Origin: the human T2T-CHM13v2.0 reference genome, Homo sapiens
DNA: 64,000 nt
Strand: one strand, 5' to 3'
Assembly (NCBI RefSeq): GCF_009914755.1
Contig: NC_060927.1
Under the pieces are notes generated by a model. It was given only the letters and a program-made list of their open reading frames with translations. It did no database searches and was not told the DNA's origin. The first letter of the stretch is position 1; every line of letters begins with the position of its first letter. Shown here in pieces: positions 59,461-64,000 of this stretch. Made by a program: the position numbers and the translations under genes.

Positions 59461-61789
59461 TAACATTCAGCGAAAGGTTATCTTACCAGATCTTCTCTTT
59501 TTGGTATGTTCCCAGGGTATTCTAGGAGAGGAAGGACTCTTATTGTGTATCTAACGGTTTCTATGCTGGAAACAATATTAATACTCTCAATAAAAATGGC
59601 CTTGGCCAGGGATCAGTCACTACCCCTCCCTCCAGCCCAGGTCTCTCAGGCCTCTTCAAGGTCTTTCCAAATCAAGCTGTCCCAAAGCGAGGCCAGGTCA
59701 ACTGACAGATCTGACTGATAGAATTCACACAGGTCCCAAGCAAAACATTTCTCGGCATCACCTAGCTCACTGCTCAGCGATGGACAAGGACCTAACTTCT
59801 TCCTCCTCTCCCATGATGAGTACCCAGCCTGGTGTCCCATTTGCACACTGGTTATTTCAAGTTATTGTGCACAGCAGTGATGTATATGTTCGAGTGTTTT
59901 CTGTGGTCATTATTTCAGACAACCCAGCTGGATGGAGCCAAGCCTTAAAGGGAGCCTGTCATCTTGAAGTTCAGAGCTGTGAAGTGAGATCTTTGTCCCT
60001 GTGATGCTATTGAGAAACAAGAGAGAGAAGTCCTCCCTAGACAGTGCTATCCCTTTGGGCAGAGCTACCCTCAGAGAGGGCCTCTTCAATGGCTGACCAG
60101 AATTTATGAGTTACCAAAGGCTAAACTCAGTCGAAAGTCTACGGCTGCAAAGAAGGCCTTTGTTGAGAATATGGTTATCATGACAAACAGCTTTTGTGCT
60201 AATGCAGAGAGGAGTTAGGCTGTTCAATTCTTAAAAGATTTTGAACAATTCACTCAGCACTGTCACTTGAACATAAAGATTTCTCTGTTCCAACTCAAGG
60301 AAGATTACTTTTTCTTACAGATTTCAGAAGATACAATAATCAGTATTAAGGAATTTCACAAAAAGAGGAAATAACGTTTGCTTTTAATTTTTTCATGAAG
60401 GTAACCGTTGTGTTTTGGACAGCCATGGGTCAGAGGAATCACAGACAGGGATTCTAATGATGGCAGGAACTGTCTCTGCCTTCATAACTGTCACTCTGGG
60501 GCTGCTGCCAGCCCCCGCCACATCCCCATAGCACACACCATCCTCAGCTTCTGCCTACAGTGTTCTCACACAGGAGAAAGCCAGGGCAGTGATTGGTCCC
60601 TCAAGTGTCACTTGTTTCTCAGCCAAACTGAGGCCTTTTGTTCTTCTTCATTCACCTCTGTAATTCCCAGGTTTCTGGGTAGGGAATGCGGTGAAGGGCA
60701 ATTGTTGAGACTCCTCCAGCACTGAAACTCAATCTAGAACCAGACCCATGACTTGGATTCTCTCTTGCTTTGGTGACTCCAATTGCCTCAGCAGCCTACT
60801 GACCCCAGCACAGGGTCAAAGGCAGGCTACGTTTTCTTCATTTCAGTCTTGACTATGAATCCCAGTGTACACTTACCTGATTTTCCCAAGGAGTCCTCCT
60901 ACAGCTAGGAATTCTGGTGGCCTGCTTTGCAGTCCCCTAAACACAGTTCAGAATTCTACCAAGTTGACCTCCTAATCAGGGAATAATTAACCCAAACTTG
61001 GTCACACTAAAAACTAGCTACTGCAAACATGATAAAAGAAAAGATTTTCTTTTCTGACACTGTCTATGGATTTGAAACTTTTTGTGGATCATAAACACCC
61101 TATACTTCAGGGAATAACAGAATCTAACAAGCATTCTGTCAAGGATCCAGTGTCTTAGCATTTTAAAATGTCATGCAACCTCCAACTCCTTCCCTAAACT
61201 CATTAACTCTGTGCTTGAATGTTTTAGAAAAGATCCCAAGGTCATTGATTTCATGACGTAGCTCATAATGGATTGTGAAGTGTTTTCCCTAAAGACATTA
61301 GGTCTTGGTTTATTATATGCTACCTTGATCTTAGCCTATGCAGCTGTCCTTTAAGACAGTGGTTCTAAAAATGTGAGCCGAGGATCTTTTGGCTTGCAGC
61401 ATTAATCTCCACAGTATGTACTTTAAGGGCATGAATTAATAATTAAGTCATGATCAATTTACTTGTGATAGCCCTTCTTGGTGTCTCACCAGGAACACTA
61501 CCATCCCATCAGGAGAGCCTATTTGTGTCCACAAATAGGAGATTTGGGGGTTGGGGGAGAAAAGAGAAAGGGAGCAGTCCATACACTGAAGTTGTTTAGA
61601 GAGATCTGTGACCCAGAGTGCTACTTGAAATGCTCAAGTCTCATTTAGAGAATGCTTTAGGGTCATGCCTGGCATTGGACCCTAACAGTTCACCACGGGA
61701 AAATCATTTCCCCCGCCCCATTTAAAATCTTGGAAATAGAAAACCACCATTTGGAAAACACCACAATAATAATCATGCAATGCAGAATC

Positions 61790-62430
61790 ATCAAAGGATA
61801 CTAAAATCAGTGGTATGATGAGAACCAGTATAGTTATATATTCCTGCATGATACTTATTAATTACAAAGGAAAAATAATAATTTTAGATTGAAGAAAACT
61901 GCTAGAACCACCTTACCCAAGAGATCAACATTAATATCATCAGTAATAAGACAAATAGACATCATATACCCTCTGATGTGATGCACTGAGAAGGAGATTC
62001 TCGGGAAAAATGTAAAACTTGATTATTATAATAAGAAAACATTACACAAACTGAATTTGAGGGACAGTCTACAAAATGATTGGCAAGTATCCTTCAACAG
62101 TTAGAAGACCATGAAAGACAAAGAAAGATGAAGGGACTGTCCCAGATTAAAGGGGATTAAGGAGGTGTGGAAACTGAATACTATGTGTGACCCTGGATTT
62201 GCATCCTGGGTCAGAAAAAGGACATTAGTGGGAAAATTGAGAAAATTTGAATAAAATCTGGAGATGTTAATAGTATTGCATCAGTGTTAATTTCCTTGTT
62301 TTGATCATCATACTGTAGATATGTTAGATGTTAACGTGGGGAATCTGGCTGAAAAGTGTATGGGAATTTCTTGTAGTATTTTTGCAAGTTTTTAAAAAGT
62401 CTAAAAGTACTTCAAAATGAAAGTTATTTT
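61790..62430 (+). mobile_element. Old L1 3' end (L1MC/MD-like)
   Basis: 'atacttattaattacaaaggaaaaa..gaaaaaggacattagtgggaaaa..atcagtgttaatttcct'. Confidence 0.7.
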
Positions 62431-64000
62431 AAAACTTTGGACAATAAAATCAGAAGAAAATAAACATCAGAGAAACTTGATCAACAAATGAAGATTTGGA
62501 ATGACGGAAATATTCATTTGCTCAACAAAAAGGGTCTACTGTATGCCAGGGGCTGTTCTTAGAACTGGAGATACAACCAGGAAGAAGACGGTCCCTGATA
62601 TCTGTGAGGCCTGAGTCTGGACTAGAAGGATCCAGACACAAAAGTGATAGGATGCTGTGATGCGGGCTATCTGAGAAGCAAACGAAGTGTCACAGGAACA
62701 CAAAGGGAAAAGAAGTAATGAAAAACTAGGGTGTGTCATCAGTATGCACAAAGCAGCCTAAGACATTACAAAAGCACAGAAAAGAAAGGCCCTGTGAAGG
62801 TAGAGTGAGGGACCAGGAGAGCGGCTGGGAAGGCATAGAGGCTGGGGAAGAGTGGGAAGAGATGCAGAGAGTTGGTGAGGGAACAGCAGACGGATTGGGA
62901 GAAGTTGGAGAGAAGATGGTGGAGAAAGTTTGCAGTAGCATCAGAAGGCTGTGTATGGGGTACAGAGTGAAAGTAAAGTAGTAAGAGCTATATCCTTTGG
63001 AATAAAGAGTGAGAGAGTCCCTTTGTCCTCTGGCTGGGCTCAGGAAAGAATCCCTGGGAATCCAGATAGAGAAAGAGCTGGAGGCCGTTAGGAGCAGGCA
63101 CACAGCGAGGCCACGATGAATGTGAGGGTGGAAGGCAGAGGAGGGTAGCAACCTCTCAGCCAGCTAGGAATAGGCCCACTGTTGCCCTGGTAACAAGAAG
63201 GCCAGAAGGGCAGACAGGCTGTCACCAATTATGCAGGAATGCCACAGGCAGGTCTGGGGTCTTTCTCAGCATCCGCAGCTGGTGCTGCTTCAGCTTCTCC
63301 TCCTGCTGCACTGACCTGAGTCACTGCCCTGAGCCAATCCCTGCGACCCACAGCAATGGAAGTTCCCCAAAGAGTCAGGTCTGGATTGCCACTTTTCTGT
63401 ACCCCAAAGAAAGCTCTGATGAAATGCATGGATCTCAGAAAGGCCAAAACTCAAAGGTCAAGACCTATTGGCCTTTATTATTCAGTCTGAAATGACTCCA
63501 GGTAGAACTAAAATAGAACTCTCCCCAACAGTTCATTTATCAGCAATTCTTACAACATCTTCATAAAAGAGAGAGAGACGAGAGAGAATGACTAGTTAAG
63601 AGATTTTTTTTTTCTGTGAAACATTGATGGTAGTTAGGAATATTCTGTGTGTTGACTGCAGTGAGTCTTAAGAAGGAAAAAAAAAGACATTAGGGGAAAT
63701 TCCTTTTTTGGGACAAAGATTCAAGATTTGGAAAGGTAAACCTATGAAATAGCCAAGCTAAGCAAGAAGGGAAACATATAGCCTGCATCTCAGACAAATC
63801 TAAATTCCCAAATGAAAATGAATGTTTGCCTCCAACTAAATAAGTGTATCAACAATTACCCAGCACTGTGTGACAAGATGCTAATCTGTTTGACTGTGTA
63901 GGTGAGAGAGAGAGAGAGAGGCTGTTTGCTACAAAGACAGCTACAAGTCACAGTGGCTACACAATGAAATATTCCAACAACCATATTTGAACAGCTTTTG

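Overview
Primate (human-like) non-coding DNA, about 40% GC by eye, with no intact protein-coding gene or recognisable spliced exon. The one gene-derived feature is a full-length BRD7 processed pseudogene (1286-3514, +). It has a poly(A) tail, a 17-bp target-site duplication (TSD), two premature stops, two frameshifts and a still CpG-dense 5' end. Most of the remainder is transposable elements: about 20 Alus; an internally deleted but TSD-flanked L1MA2 hosting an Alu-in-Alu pair and a 3.5-kb L1PA7-like insertion; an ERVL pol relic with its 3' LTR; about ten solo LTRs; and MIR, L2 and old L1 fragments. Nearly all listed ORFs are Alu-, L1- or chance-derived. I found no convincing new biological system. 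The best leads are the retained CpG island and 146-aa ORF of the BRD7 retrocopy, an unassigned 126-bp hairpin (55412-55537), a MLT2A2 LTR with DUX4-like motifs, and the deleted L1MA2. Repeat subfamily names and the parent BRD7 comparisons come from recalled sequences and need RepeatMasker/Dfam or alignment confirmation.
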